NCBI GenBank assembly: GCA_030650425.1
Contig: JAUSED010000009.1
Location: 142,846 to 206,845 of the forward strand
Source: Candidatus Omnitrophota bacterium
GTDB lineage: Bacteria; Omnitrophota; Gorgyraeia; Gygaellales; Profunditerraquicolaceae
DNA: 64,000 nucleotides
Direction of reading: 5' to 3'
Position numbers and translations under genes: made by a program. The notes beneath the pieces were generated by a model. The model was not told the DNA's origin, did no database searches, and saw only the letters and a list, made by a program, of their open reading frames with translations. Shown one piece after another: positions 36,477-46,916 of the stretch (within the stretch, counting starts at the first letter, position 1; each line of letters begins with the position of its first letter).

Positions 36477-37010
36477 TTACAACCTCCTTATTTGACAACT
36501 TCCATAACGTTTATTTAATTCCACGAGCACAGATTGCGCGGCCTGCTTATTTGGAAAATTTCCCGCGCACAAAATGAAATAACCGCCTTTATTGAATAAT
36601 ATCGCGCTTAATCCTCTTTTTTTGATATTCTCCGCTTCTTTCAAGGCATTAGCTCTAGCTTTGAAGCTGGCTACCTGTATAGTAAAACCTCCTGATTGCC
36701 GGGCGGAAAGAGTATTGACCTGCTTAACCGCCTCTTCCTTTTTGACGATCAGCTGAGCAGGAACCGGCGCGCTATTAGGCACAGCTAACTTCAATTGATT
36801 ACTCCGCTCATCTAATACACTCCTTTTCCCTCTTTCAACGCCTAGAGAAAAAGCGATGATCCCGGTAACCAATACGGCTATGATAATCAAAACTGTTTTT
36901 TCGTAATTCCAGACGCGCTCAAGAAATGAATTAGCGGAATGAGCCTTAAAACCTTGCGCGTCATTCGACTGCGAAAATAATTCTAACTGAGGGTTAGTCT
37001 GCCTTTCCAT
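36477..37010 (-). CDS. SPOR-domain membrane protein
   Basis: TM helix, FSLGVERG, FTIQVASFK...A. Confidence 0.8.
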   Translation of the reverse strand: MERQTNPQLELFSQSNDAQGFKAHSANSFLERVWNYEKTVLIIIAVLVTGIIAFSLGVERGKRSVLDERSNQLKLAVPNSAPVPAQLIVKKEEAVKQVNTLSARQSGGFTIQVASFKARANALKEAENIKKRGLSAILFNKGGYFILCAGNFPNKQAAQSVLVELNKRYGSCQIRRL

Positions 37011-37032
37011 ACCGCTATTAATTTCCCGCTAC

Positions 37033-38103
37033 CTAACTGTTTTTCAGGTAGACCTTAGTATTGATTTTTTTGATGATCTTTAAGAAAGCGTCCACTACGC
37101 GAGGGTCGAATTGAGTCCCGCTCTTCTTTTTAATCTCTTTTATCGCCGAGTTGATATCTTTTCTTTCGCGGTACGGCCGTCCGTAGACCATCGCTTCAAA
37201 AGCATCCGCCACCGCCATAATCCGCGCTCCCTCGGGAATCTGGCCTTTTTTTAGGTGAGATGGATACCCTGTGCCGTTATATTTCTCATGATGATGCATG
37301 ATAATCGGAATCACCGGCTTAAGTACTTGTAACGGCCGTAATATTTGGGCTCCTTTAAGAGGGTGTCTCTTGATAATATTGAACTCCTTAGCTGTAAGCT
37401 TGGTGGTTTTAGTGAGTATCTCCGGAGGAATATCCACCTTGCCGGTATCGTGAAGTAAGCTGGCATATTTTAAACTCTGGATCTGTTTATCATCCAAATG
37501 CATCTGATGGCCTATCGCCGCGACCAAACGGCTAAAATATGGGGAATGCGTGTATTCCTGAGGCACCCGCATATCCAATAAAGTAACCAGCGATTTTATG
37601 CTCCCTAAAACTATTTTTTGCTGATCTTCATAAAGTTGAAGGTTCCTGATCCCCATGATCGCCTGTTCGATCAAAGTCATCAAGGCCTCCTGATCCGTAC
37701 TTTCAAAGGCATACGTATTTTTCTTGCGTTTTAATAAGATGACGCCTATCAGGTCGTCAGAAATAAAAGGAGCTCCGATAAAATTTCCGCGGATAATCAC
37801 GGAACTGGTCCGGATTATTCTTTTTTCCTCCCGGTTGACGATCCTAATCTTTTCCTCGGTGCAAAATTTACTTTTACCGTCGATAATACACCTTAAAATA
37901 GAGTACCTCTTTGTCGCGTCCAGCATAGTGATCTGGCAATAATCGGCGTTTAATATCTGGCTGATCAGGCGGGCTAGGCGCGGGATTAGATCCATCAATT
38001 CGTAAGTAGAATTCACCAGCCGGTAAATACTATGAATGGTGGAGATTAAGTTCTTATACCTTTTCGTAGGGGTCAAATAATTTTTTGTATTCATCCAGGG
38101 CAT
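37033..38103 (-). CDS. GAF + HD-GYP domain protein (start uncertain)
   Basis: LLHDTGK, HHEKYNGTGYP, VADAFEAM, GTQFDP. Confidence 0.85.
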   Translation of the reverse strand: MPWMNTKNYLTPTKRYKNLISTIHSIYRLVNSTYELMDLIPRLARLISQILNADYCQITMLDATKRYSILRCIIDGKSKFCTEEKIRIVNREEKRIIRTSSVIIRGNFIGAPFISDDLIGVILLKRKKNTYAFESTDQEALMTLIEQAIMGIRNLQLYEDQQKIVLGSIKSLVTLLDMRVPQEYTHSPYFSRLVAAIGHQMHLDDKQIQSLKYASLLHDTGKVDIPPEILTKTTKLTAKEFNIIKRHPLKGAQILRPLQVLKPVIPIIMHHHEKYNGTGYPSHLKKGQIPEGARIMAVADAFEAMVYGRPYRERKDINSAIKEIKKKSGTQFDPRVVDAFLKIIKKINTKVYLKNS

Positions 38104-39208
38104 ACCTGTCAGTCATTCCAGCAATATAGTCGCAGACCGTTCTCCTTACGCCGTCCTGACTGATCCGATTTTGAATTTTTTCAGGAAGCTGTTTTGGGTT
38201 AGCTAAGTAAACCTTAAACAATTCCTGTATAAAATGCTTGGCTTTGATACTCATGCGCACTACGCGGTAATGGTTATAAAGCCTCTCCATCAAGAATAGC
38301 CTGAGCGGTTTCCTTAATTGTAGCATATCCCGGCTAAAAGTGACGATTTTTTTATCAATTTTCTTGGCATCTTTACAAGACTTAAGCTTTAATTTCAGGA
38401 TGTTTTTTTGCGTCTCTTGAATTAAATCCGTGGCCTGAAGGTCAATTAATGACCTGATGATCAAATACCTTCTTTTTTCCGGGGAGATATGGTCATATTT
38501 CCTGGCAATATTCTTATTCAGCCTGTCCCAGATGGAAAGCTTCTCAAGCTCGGCTTCCCTGATTAACCCCGAAGCCAGTCCGTCATCAAGATCGTGATTA
38601 TCATAGGCTATCTCGTCGGCAATATCAACCACCTGAGTCTCTAAGGTAGGCGATTCTTCAGGAGACAACCCCTTTAATCTCGAACTTACATCGAAAGCTG
38701 TTGAATGCTTGGCTATCCCCTCCCTCACTTCCCAAGTCAGGTTAATTCCGGGAAAATCAGGGTATCTTTCTTCAAGATAATCTACCACTCTTAAACCTTG
38801 GGTATTATGATTGAACCCTCCGTGTTTAGACATCAGCTCGTTTAAGGCCTCTTCACCGGAATGGCCGAAGGCGGTATGCCCTAAATCATGGGCAAGGGCA
38901 ATTGCTTCGGTTAAATCGATATTTAAACGCAGGACGCTGGCGATTGTCCGGGCGATCTGGGCTACCTCAATGGTATGGGTAAGCCTTGTCCGATAGTAGT
39001 CACCCTCGTGATTTACAAAAACCTGAGTCTTATATTCCAGCCTTCTAAAAGCGGCAGAATGTATGATCCTGTCGCGATCGCGCTGATAACCAGACCTGTA
39101 CGGATGTTCTTTTTCCGGATAGATCCTTCCCTTACTATGTTCGCTCTTCATCGCGTAAGGAGCAAGGATCATATTTTCTATTTCTTTAAGCTGTTTTTGA
39201 TAAGGCAT
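38054..39208 (-). CDS. dgt: dGTP triphosphohydrolase
   Basis: QRDRDRIIHS.AFRRL.YKTQVF, RTRLTH, HDLGH..FGH.GE, DYIAGMTD. Confidence 0.92.
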   Translation of the reverse strand: MPYQKQLKEIENMILAPYAMKSEHSKGRIYPEKEHPYRSGYQRDRDRIIHSAAFRRLEYKTQVFVNHEGDYYRTRLTHTIEVAQIARTIASVLRLNIDLTEAIALAHDLGHTAFGHSGEEALNELMSKHGGFNHNTQGLRVVDYLEERYPDFPGINLTWEVREGIAKHSTAFDVSSRLKGLSPEESPTLETQVVDIADEIAYDNHDLDDGLASGLIREAELEKLSIWDRLNKNIARKYDHISPEKRRYLIIRSLIDLQATDLIQETQKNILKLKLKSCKDAKKIDKKIVTFSRDMLQLRKPLRLFLMERLYNHYRVVRMSIKAKHFIQELFKVYLANPKQLPEKIQNRISQDGVRRTVCDYIAGMTDRYALDEYKKLFDPYEKV

Positions 39209-39665
39209 TTTTCAATTCCTTATATAGTTCATCCAATGATTGCGAGATTATTTTAGTATCGAACATTGCCGGCATAAAATTGCTGTCTCCCAGCCAACGC
39301 GGAACGATATGTATATGCAGGTGCCCGGTTATACCGGCTCCTGCTGCCCGGCCCATATTTAGGCCTATGTTATAACCTTGGGGCTTGACCACCTTATCCA
39401 ATAGTTTTTGCGCTCTTTTGATAGCCCGGAATAAATCTAAAGCCTCTTCATCTTTTAACTGATCAATTCCAGCCACATGCCTGAGCGGGCTAACCATCAT
39501 ATGCCCGTTATTATATGGGAAAATATTCAACAGGGCAATCGCGTGCGCGGTCTTGAAGATAATATAATCCTTCCGCTTCCTGGCGCTTCCCCCGCAGAAT
39601 AAGCACCCTTTCTGTTTTTTATTCCTGATATAATTTATTCTCCATGGCGCCCAAAGTTTATCCAT
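39186..39665 (-). CDS. HIT-family hydrolase
   Basis: LWAPWR, PYNNGH, HLHIH. Confidence 0.9.
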   Translation of the reverse strand: MDKLWAPWRINYIRNKKQKGCLFCGGSARKRKDYIIFKTAHAIALLNIFPYNNGHMMVSPLRHVAGIDQLKDEEALDLFRAIKRAQKLLDKVVKPQGYNIGLNMGRAAGAGITGHLHIHIVPRWLGDSNFMPAMFDTKIISQSLDELYKELKNALSKTA

Positions 39666-39666
39666 A

Positions 39667-40155
39667 TTATATTCTAAGTATTTTCGCCTGTATGCCATCG
39701 TTAATTTCAATTACGCCGTAAGTATTACAATCCTCGCATAACTTATCCGTCGGGCTGCCCGGGTTAAAAAAGATGGTATTATCCCGTTTCTCATTTAAGG
39801 CGGAATGAGTATGTCCGAAGACGATGATATCTAATTTCTCGCTCTTAAATTCCGAGTTAAGGATATCAAAGATCCTGTGCGGCGCGCCAAAGCCGTGAAA
39901 TAAGCCGATTTTGAAATTTCCGGCCTTGAAGATTTCTTTCTGCGGCAAGATATTTTTAATCTCCAAAGGATCCATATTTCCGCAAACCGCCTTAAGGTTT
40001 TTACAGATGGACTTCAGTCTTTGTAGAAAGTCAACGGCTACAAAATCACCGGCGTGAATAACCATATCCGCGCTTTTTATCTCTTCAATTAATTTTAGGG
40101 GCAGGCTGGCAGCCCGGTCCGGTATATGCGTATCGGAAATCACCACTATTTTCAC
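39667..40155 (-). CDS. YfcE/MJ0936-family metallophosphoesterase
   Basis: SDTH, HAGD, GNMD, GHTH, NPGS. Confidence 0.9.
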   Translation of the reverse strand: MKIVVISDTHIPDRAASLPLKLIEEIKSADMVIHAGDFVAVDFLQRLKSICKNLKAVCGNMDPLEIKNILPQKEIFKAGNFKIGLFHGFGAPHRIFDILNSEFKSEKLDIIVFGHTHSALNEKRDNTIFFNPGSPTDKLCEDCNTYGVIEINDGIQAKILRI

Positions 40156-40169
40156 TTAAACTCTCTCCT

Positions 40170-41759
40170 CTATGCGATTACGCGTGGCTTGGAATATAAA
40201 TCGAGAATCTGGTTCAAACTATTGATATCCCAAGTCCAGATTTTTTCCTCTAATGCCCTTAGCCTGGTATTCATGTCGATATCTTTGAGGGTTACGATGA
40301 TCTTCCTCTGGAGCTTATGCCGGTATTTCCGGCATTCCCGGGAAAACTCCAAAACATCTTCTTCCGTAAGCACCTCCTGCTTTACCGCGACAATCCAAAG
40401 GCTCTCGTTAGAGCGTCCAATCAAGCCATGCGAAAGCACAGGGCTGCGGAATTGCAGGGGTTTAATTTCGCGAAAATGGTTCAGGCGCACCTTTCTTCTT
40501 TCTAGCTGCACTATTTCGTCCTCAAATGAACCCAAAAGTTCGTTCACCCTCTCCATCAGCGGTTTTTGCGCCTGAACGATAAATTCCTGAATCATCTCAT
40601 CCAGATTATCGCGAAACTTGACCTTCTGGTTCTTGGCGTCAAAGGTAAGCGACTGAAGCTTTCCCTGATAAACAAATTTCATCCAAAAGCTAAAAACCCG
40701 GTCATTGATTTTTAAGAAATCACCGCTGCGCGTAATCGTATCAAGTTCAAGCAAATGATTAATCCTGGAAATTAAATCTTTTTTGGTCATATGTAAAAGA
40801 TGGGCAATCTCTTTTATCTTGTTCCTGCCGCTGGAGATCAGGTAAAGAATAGCAATATAGTCATTGCTATGTGCCTGGCCAAGAAAACTCCTGATATAAT
40901 TATAAAACCTCTGATTCAAGATTCCGGTTGAATCGAAAAGCTCATCCTCTAATATCTCCGCGAGATTGCTTCCTTTGTTTTCCAGTAAAGCGTTGGCAAT
41001 AACTTCAAGATACAAAGGATACCCGCCGGTGAAATGGACGATAAAACTAACCAACGGAACGGCTAAATTGACGCTGCCAAGCCTATTCTGTAAATATTCT
41101 CCGCTTGTCCTGATATCAAACGGTTCAACCGTGATCACTTCAAAATTACCGAATAATAGAGAGAGGTTCTTAGAAAGGATGTTTTTAGTTTTAAGCTTCA
41201 TCGAGCTTATGATGATATACATTGTATTTTTACTGGAGATAAGTAATCTGGACCATTCGCGGTAGAGATTTAAGAAACCTATTTGTTCCAGGTTCTGGAA
41301 TTCATCAAATATAACTACGCAGAATTTTCCTGTCTCCTGATGCAGGGATTCGCAGAGCAGGTTTAGTTCGCTAAACACATTTTTCGTTTTCCTCTTGCTT
41401 AGGCTATCCAGGATCGATCTTACTTTATTAACTGTATCGGGAAGGTATTTTTCGGATTTAGCTATCAGAAATTCAAGGTCTTCTTTTAGCGCGATATCGC
41501 TGTTAATCAGAAAATTATAGAGTAAGACACCGATAAACCTCTTGGCAAATGAAGCGACCGGCTCCGGCCTGACATCAAGATAAAGAGGAACAATTCGATT
41601 ATCCTGGAATTTATCCAGAAAGTTAAAGATTATGGAAGTCTTACCTACAAGCTCATCTCCGACTATAGCGATGTTCTGGCGGTAATTATCCTTCAAACCG
41701 CTTACCCGTTTCTCTAATATCTCTTCGTAAGCTTTACGGCCAAAAAATATTTTTTTCAT
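40170..41759 (-). CDS. Archaeal-type ATPase with wHTH and C-terminal nuclease-like region
   Basis: FFGR, GDELVGKTS, FDEFQ, FTGGYPLYL. Confidence 0.7.
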   Translation of the reverse strand: MKKIFFGRKAYEEILEKRVSGLKDNYRQNIAIVGDELVGKTSIIFNFLDKFQDNRIVPLYLDVRPEPVASFAKRFIGVLLYNFLINSDIALKEDLEFLIAKSEKYLPDTVNKVRSILDSLSKRKTKNVFSELNLLCESLHQETGKFCVVIFDEFQNLEQIGFLNLYREWSRLLISSKNTMYIIISSMKLKTKNILSKNLSLLFGNFEVITVEPFDIRTSGEYLQNRLGSVNLAVPLVSFIVHFTGGYPLYLEVIANALLENKGSNLAEILEDELFDSTGILNQRFYNYIRSFLGQAHSNDYIAILYLISSGRNKIKEIAHLLHMTKKDLISRINHLLELDTITRSGDFLKINDRVFSFWMKFVYQGKLQSLTFDAKNQKVKFRDNLDEMIQEFIVQAQKPLMERVNELLGSFEDEIVQLERRKVRLNHFREIKPLQFRSPVLSHGLIGRSNESLWIVAVKQEVLTEEDVLEFSRECRKYRHKLQRKIIVTLKDIDMNTRLRALEEKIWTWDINSLNQILDLYSKPRVIA

Positions 41760-42421
41760 CAGGGTAGGTAAAATAATGGGTTTTGCGGGACAGCGCCCCG
41801 CCTTACTTCAAAATGTAAATAAGTGTTCCTCTCTCGTCCGGCTGCTCCGGCTTTAGCTATAATCGTCCCTTTTTGCACGCTATCTCCGGCCTTCACGAAT
41901 ATCCGCGCGTTCCTTCCATAAACAGTGAATAAACCGTCATTATGCTCAATAATTACTGTCTTACCAAAACCCGCAAAATCATTGTCTATAAAGACAATCT
42001 TACCGCTTCGGGAAGCCAAAATATCCAGAGAAGCACTAGGCTGAATGTTAATCCCTTTATTCAGTATATTATTAATCGTCTGTCCAAAAGATCCGCATAA
42101 TCGGCCGCGCAGAGGCCAGATGAAATCATCATTATCATTATATTTAACATCCCGCGCGGGAGGATTTACGCGGTTAGGAATAAAAACCTGCTGGCCTACT
42201 TCTACTGCCGTAGTATCGGCTATCTTGTTTACCCGGGCTAATTCTTCAAGATCAATCCCATAAATTTTGGATATTCTCCAAAGTGTTTGGCCCTTTTCAA
42301 CACGATGATATATGCCGGGCATAGCCTGAACAGGCGGTAAACCCGGTTTAACGAGCGTAGGAGCAGTACTACATCCAGCCAGCCCTAAAGCTAATAGAAT
42401 TGTCACTAATATTTTATTCAT
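41759..42421 (-). CDS. LysM + M23 lipoprotein (NlpD-like)
   Basis: Lipobox LAGC, HRVEKGQTLWRISK.YG, FIWP, LHFEVR. Confidence 0.88.
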   Translation of the reverse strand: MNKILVTILLALGLAGCSTAPTLVKPGLPPVQAMPGIYHRVEKGQTLWRISKIYGIDLEELARVNKIADTTAVEVGQQVFIPNRVNPPARDVKYNDNDDFIWPLRGRLCGSFGQTINNILNKGINIQPSASLDILASRSGKIVFIDNDFAGFGKTVIIEHNDGLFTVYGRNARIFVKAGDSVQKGTIIAKAGAAGRERNTYLHFEVRRGAVPQNPLFYLP

Positions 42422-42433
42422 TCTTCATCTAAA

Positions 42434-42504
42434 AGCGGGTGAGCGGAATCGAACCGCCATATCCAGCTTGGGAAGCTGGTGTTCTACCACTGAACTACAC
42501 CCGC
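42434..42504 (-). tRNA. tRNA-Gly(CCC)
   Basis: GCGGGTGTAGTTCAGTGGTAGAACACCAGCTTCCCAAGCTGG...GGTTCGATTCC..CACCCGCT cloverleaf; CCA not encoded. Confidence 0.92.
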
Positions 42505-43778
42505 AGGCATTCATCCATAAGCTTAATCGAACAATATGCCCCGCACATTGTGCATACCTCTTGATTCTCCGGCTGTGATTGATTACGGTATTCCTGGGCC
42601 TTTAGCGGGTCTATGGAGAGTTTAATCTGTTTCTTCCAATCGCGTTTTTTACGCGCCAAAGACATATCCCTATCCCATTTTATGGCTAATTTATTGTTTT
42701 TTACCAAATCGGCCGCGTGAGCAGAAATCCTTGAGGCAATCACCCCTTCCCTGACATCTTCGGCTGACGGATGCCTTAAGTGTTCAGCCGGAGTAACGTA
42801 ACATAAAAAATCCGCTCCAAAACTGGCAGCGATTGCCCCGCCGATCGAAGCATTAATATGGTCATAACCGCTAGCCACGTCCGTTACCAGCGGACCCAAA
42901 ACATAAAATGGGGCCTGGTGGCAGTATTTTTTCTCTAAGGCTATATTTTCTTCTATCTGATTCAACGGAACATGTCCCGGGCCTTCGATCATCACCTGAA
43001 CGTTTCTTTTTTTCGCCCGCAGCGCAAGTTCCCCGAGAGTTTTGAGCTCGCCTAGCTGAGCCTTATCTGTAGCATCTAAAATTGAACCCGGACGCATCCC
43101 ATCCCCCAAGCTCAAAACTACGTCATATTTATAGGCTATCTCCAATATTTCATCAAAATATTCATAAAACGGATTTTCCGCTTGATGAAAAGACATCCAG
43201 TTGGCGATGATCGCCCCTCCCCTTGAAACAATATCCAGTATTCGCTTGTGCTTTTTAAGCGTATCCAGATTTTTCCTGTTCACCCCCGAGTGAATAGTAA
43301 AAAAATCAACCCCTTCTTCCGCCTGCTCTTCTAAAACTCTCAGCATATCGGCTGGAGTAAATTTCAGAAAATTCTTATTTTTATTCTGGGCACCAACGGC
43401 AATTTCATATACCGGGACAGTCCCGACGGGGATGGCTGAACGCTTGATTATTTCTTTACGCAGGCCTTTCAAATTAAGGCCGACACTCAAATCCATTACA
43501 CTATCCGCTCCATATTCAATAGAAATGTCTAATTTTTTTAATTCTTCTTTAAGGCTGGATTTATCGGTGGAAGTACCGAGGTTCGCGTTTACTTTCGTAC
43601 GCAAAGAGAAGCCTACCCCGCAAGGTTTAGCAAGATGATGGATTCTATTTTTAAGTATGACTACCCTGCCTTCTCTGATATATCTTAGAAGATTTTGGGG
43701 AGAAATCTTTTCATCGCGCGCAATCTTGCGCATAAGCGGGGTAATTTTATTGCTTTTTGCGGATTCAAGTTGGGTCAT
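42495..43778 (-). CDS. thiC: Phosphomethylpyrimidine synthase
   Basis: KVNANLGTS, SRGG, LGDGMRPG, EGPGH, CTMCG.YC. Confidence 0.93.
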   Translation of the reverse strand: MTQLESAKSNKITPLMRKIARDEKISPQNLLRYIREGRVVILKNRIHHLAKPCGVGFSLRTKVNANLGTSTDKSSLKEELKKLDISIEYGADSVMDLSVGLNLKGLRKEIIKRSAIPVGTVPVYEIAVGAQNKNKNFLKFTPADMLRVLEEQAEEGVDFFTIHSGVNRKNLDTLKKHKRILDIVSRGGAIIANWMSFHQAENPFYEYFDEILEIAYKYDVVLSLGDGMRPGSILDATDKAQLGELKTLGELALRAKKRNVQVMIEGPGHVPLNQIEENIALEKKYCHQAPFYVLGPLVTDVASGYDHINASIGGAIAASFGADFLCYVTPAEHLRHPSAEDVREGVIASRISAHAADLVKNNKLAIKWDRDMSLARKKRDWKKQIKLSIDPLKAQEYRNQSQPENQEVCTMCGAYCSIKLMDECLRV

Positions 43779-44209
43779 TTTATCTCCAAGATTCTTCCAG
43801 CCGCCTTCTTTTCGACTGCGTATATTCTATACCTGACCTTCTTAAACTCGAGGGCGGAATTTATATCGACCAGTTTACTGAATTCCTCTAAAACTCTTAC
43901 CGACTCCTTGACCCGTTGAATATTGGCAAAGAAAATATCCTGGAGGCTCCTTCTATTTAATTCATTAGCACGGATATTTCTACCCACATCTTCCTGAACC
44001 AATCTTTCCTGGAGTAATTCTTTCTTGGCGGCTAAATCATTGGCAATCGCGTCAATTTCGTGCCTCAGTGTTTTTAACTCCAAACTAAGACTATGGCTAT
44101 TAAGTATAAATCTGGTAATTTCTTCGCAGACGCGCAGGCCTTCTTTGGCGCGATTAATATTGGCGTCGATGATCCGATTGACTGTGCTTTGCTTAGCGCG
44201 AGTTGACAA
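43775..44209 (-). CDS. Stand-alone ThiE N-terminal (ThiD2-like) domain protein
   Basis: RIIDAN.NRAKEGLRVCEE, AN.QR.KES.RVLEE. Confidence 0.8.
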   Translation of the reverse strand: MSTRAKQSTVNRIIDANINRAKEGLRVCEEITRFILNSHSLSLELKTLRHEIDAIANDLAAKKELLQERLVQEDVGRNIRANELNRRSLQDIFFANIQRVKESVRVLEEFSKLVDINSALEFKKVRYRIYAVEKKAAGRILEIK

Positions 44210-44693
44210 TTTTTTTAACTAGACTAGTAGTAGAAAGCCCCTTTACAAGCTTGATAGTGATGACTTTCCCGCCGTAAGATTCCACAAAACCGCTTCCGAT
44301 AATCTTACTCTTCTCCCAATCCGCTCCCTTGATTAAAATATCCGGTTTAATTTTTTTTATTACCTCTAAAGGAGTAGCCTCTTTAAATAAAGTGAGGTAA
44401 TCAACGCTGGCTAACGCGGATAATAATTTCAGCCGGTTACGCTCATCCACGATCGGCCTATTCTTTCCCTTAATCTTCCTAATCGAAGAGTCGCTGTTCA
44501 CCGCAACCACTAAAATATCACCTTTATTCTTGGCATCCTGAAGGTATTTGGCATGGCCATAGTGCAAAAGGTCAAAACAGCCGTTGGTGAAAACTATTTT
44601 TTGGCCTTGCCGTTTAAGCCTGTTGATTTCTCTTTGCAGCGCGCCTTGCGTTTTTATTTTCAAGAGAGGCTTGCCTCTTCGATTAGTTCGCAT
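44193..44693 (-). CDS. rfaE2: D-glycero-beta-D-manno-heptose 1-phosphate adenylyltransferase
   Basis: VFTNGCFDLLH.GH, NSDSS...KG..RP, KGAD, STT. Confidence 0.9.
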   Translation of the reverse strand: MRTNRRGKPLLKIKTQGALQREINRLKRQGQKIVFTNGCFDLLHYGHAKYLQDAKNKGDILVVAVNSDSSIRKIKGKNRPIVDERNRLKLLSALASVDYLTLFKEATPLEVIKKIKPDILIKGADWEKSKIIGSGFVESYGGKVITIKLVKGLSTTSLVKKIVNSR

Positions 44694-45229
44694 AGAATAT
44701 GTCCTATGGTAATGTGGGCTTCCTGGATCCGGGCAGTAATGTTTGAAGGGGCAACCAAGGCTATATCCGCTAATTTCACCAATTCTCCGCCATCTCCTCC
44801 GGTTAAGGCTATGGTTTTCAAGCCCATCTTTTTGGCCTGCTTAAGGCCCAAGGCCACATTCTTAGCCTTACCGCTGGTAGATATGCCAAACGCTACATCG
44901 TTTTTTCCAGCTAACGCTTCAATTTGCCGGGCGAAAACCACTTCATAACCAAAATCATTGGCTAAAGCAGTAATAATGGAAGTATTCGTAGTGAGGGCTA
45001 TCGCGGCCAAGGCCGGACGGTCTTTCTTAAATCTACCCACGAGCTCCGCGGCTATATGCTGGGAGTCGCTGGCTGAGCCGCCATTACCAAAGATAATTAA
45101 TTTTCCGCCTTTCTTAAGCGCTTCTATTATTACCTCAGAGATTCGCAATATCTGGCTGATATTACTTTTTAACAACCCTTCTTTAACCTGAATACTCTCA
45201 AGGATAATCTCTTTGACTCTATCTCTCAT
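44660..45229 (-). CDS. gmhA: Phosphoheptose isomerase
   Basis: GNGGSASDSQH.AAE, NDFGY, STSG, RIQE.H. Confidence 0.93.
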   Translation of the reverse strand: MRDRVKEIILESIQVKEGLLKSNISQILRISEVIIEALKKGGKLIIFGNGGSASDSQHIAAELVGRFKKDRPALAAIALTTNTSIITALANDFGYEVVFARQIEALAGKNDVAFGISTSGKAKNVALGLKQAKKMGLKTIALTGGDGGELVKLADIALVAPSNITARIQEAHITIGHILCELIEEASLS

Positions 45230-45243
45230 TTTGCCTGCCTTTT

Positions 45244-46275
45244 TTAACCAAAGAATACTTTGGCAATATCGTAGAGTTCCATATCTACGGTCTTTAGCGC
45301 TTTCACCGCGTCAGCCAATGGCACATCGATTATCTTAACCCCTTGCAAAGCGACCATTCTCCCAAATTTATTATTCTTGATTAATTCGACCGCCTTTACG
45401 CCAAACCTGGTCCCCAAAACCCTATCGAAAGCTGTTGGCGAGCCGCCCCTCTGTATATGGCCAAGCACGCTCACCCTTGTTTCGAAACCAGTCCTTTTTT
45501 CTATTTCTTCGCCTAAGGCATCGCCAATCCCTCCTAAACGCACGTGGCCAAAGGCATCCAGCTTCTTCTCCCGGGTAATCATCCCCGTATCTTTAAATTG
45601 AGCTCCTTCAGCTACTACGACAATACTGAAAGTTTTTCCGCGTTCATGTCTTTTTTTGATTATATCGCATACCTCTTCAATATCTATTGGAATTTCAGGT
45701 ATCAGGACTACATCCGCGCCTCCGGCAATCCCTGCTTCAATGGCGATCCAACCAGCGTGCCTTCCCATTACTTCAGCCACGATGATCCGATGATGGCTTT
45801 CAGCGGTTGTATGCAGGCGGTCAATACATTCTGTCGCGACATTTAAAGCAGTATCAAAACCAAAGGTATAATCTGTCGCCGAAAGATCATTGTCGATAGT
45901 TTTAGGTACGCCGACAATATTAGGTATCCCGTCCCGGGTTAACTTTGAAGCTACCCCCAAAGTATCTTCTCCGCCTACAGCCACCAACGCGCTTAAACCC
46001 ATCTTCTTGAAATTTTCTTTAACTTTTTTTAAATCTTCTTCCTTCTTATAGGGGTTAGTCCTGGATGTACCCAAAATTGTTCCGCCTTTAGGCAATATTC
46101 CGGAAACAGCGGCTAAATTTAAAGCCAAAGTATCATTTTCAACTAAGCCCTTCCAGCCGTTTTTAATTCCTACTACCTCATAACCTTCCAATAAAGACTT
46201 CCTCACTACCGCCCGGATAACCGGGTTTAATCCGGGGCAATCCCCGCCGCCTGTAAGTATGCCGATCCTTTCCAT
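45244..46275 (-). CDS. pfkA: 6-phosphofructokinase
   Basis: TGGGDCPGLN, GGTILGTSR, PKTIDND, EVMGR, LGHIQRGG. Confidence 0.93.
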   Translation of the reverse strand: MERIGILTGGGDCPGLNPVIRAVVRKSLLEGYEVVGIKNGWKGLVENDTLALNLAAVSGILPKGGTILGTSRTNPYKKEEDLKKVKENFKKMGLSALVAVGGEDTLGVASKLTRDGIPNIVGVPKTIDNDLSATDYTFGFDTALNVATECIDRLHTTAESHHRIIVAEVMGRHAGWIAIEAGIAGGADVVLIPEIPIDIEEVCDIIKKRHERGKTFSIVVVAEGAQFKDTGMITREKKLDAFGHVRLGGIGDALGEEIEKRTGFETRVSVLGHIQRGGSPTAFDRVLGTRFGVKAVELIKNNKFGRMVALQGVKIIDVPLADAVKALKTVDMELYDIAKVFFG

Positions 46276-46289
46276 CCAAATGCCTCCTC

Positions 46290-46895
46290 TTATGCCCTTC
46301 CGTATCCGCTAAATGGAGCCGTAGGTTCTTCTTTTTCAAAATCCTTTTTCTTTTTTTCTTTATCGTCTAAAGGGACGATCTTGGCCACGTGTATCTTGAC
46401 GGTTATCCGCTCTTCAATCCCTAAGACCTCCTGTATTTTAGATTTAGTAATATCCTGCAGCCTCGCGGTTAAATCCGGAATATTCGCCTCTCTTTTTAAG
46501 ACTACTCTTAGATCGACGAGGATCCCTTTTTTAGTAGCGATAACATCCGGCCTTAATTCTTTTATTTCGGGAAGAACACCGGTGAGCCTGCGGATCAAAT
46601 CTTCAACCGCTGAGAGCGCGATAGTCACTTCTCCCGAAGCAGTTTCAAAGGCAATGGTTTTTTCGCGCTGCAGGCGCCCCAAAATAAGCCGGGCAAAAGC
46701 AACGCTCAAGAAAATAAGTAAAAGCCCGCAGAGGCCGCTTGAAATCCGGGCATTAGGGCTGGATCTTAGGTAGTCAAAAAAGTTAGTTACATATTGCGGC
46801 TGCGGCAGGTTTAAAGAAAAGGCGATTAAGACGATACCGGCTAAAATAATTACTGCCGCGTAAAAAAATATTCCGAGCACCGTAAATATACGCAT
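46290..46895 (-). CDS. Alkaline-shock membrane anchor AmaP-like protein
   Basis: Two TM helices + Asp23-like domain, downstream of accBC. Confidence 0.7.
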   Translation of the reverse strand: MRIFTVLGIFFYAAVIILAGIVLIAFSLNLPQPQYVTNFFDYLRSSPNARISSGLCGLLLIFLSVAFARLILGRLQREKTIAFETASGEVTIALSAVEDLIRRLTGVLPEIKELRPDVIATKKGILVDLRVVLKREANIPDLTARLQDITKSKIQEVLGIEERITVKIHVAKIVPLDDKEKKKKDFEKEEPTAPFSGYGRA

Positions 46896-46916
46896 AGTTT
46901 ATCCTTTCTGTACCCT

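Noticed and set aside
42434-42504. tRNA-Gly as an integration site
   Set aside because: No duplicated tRNA 3' end or integrase seen; flanked by core genes
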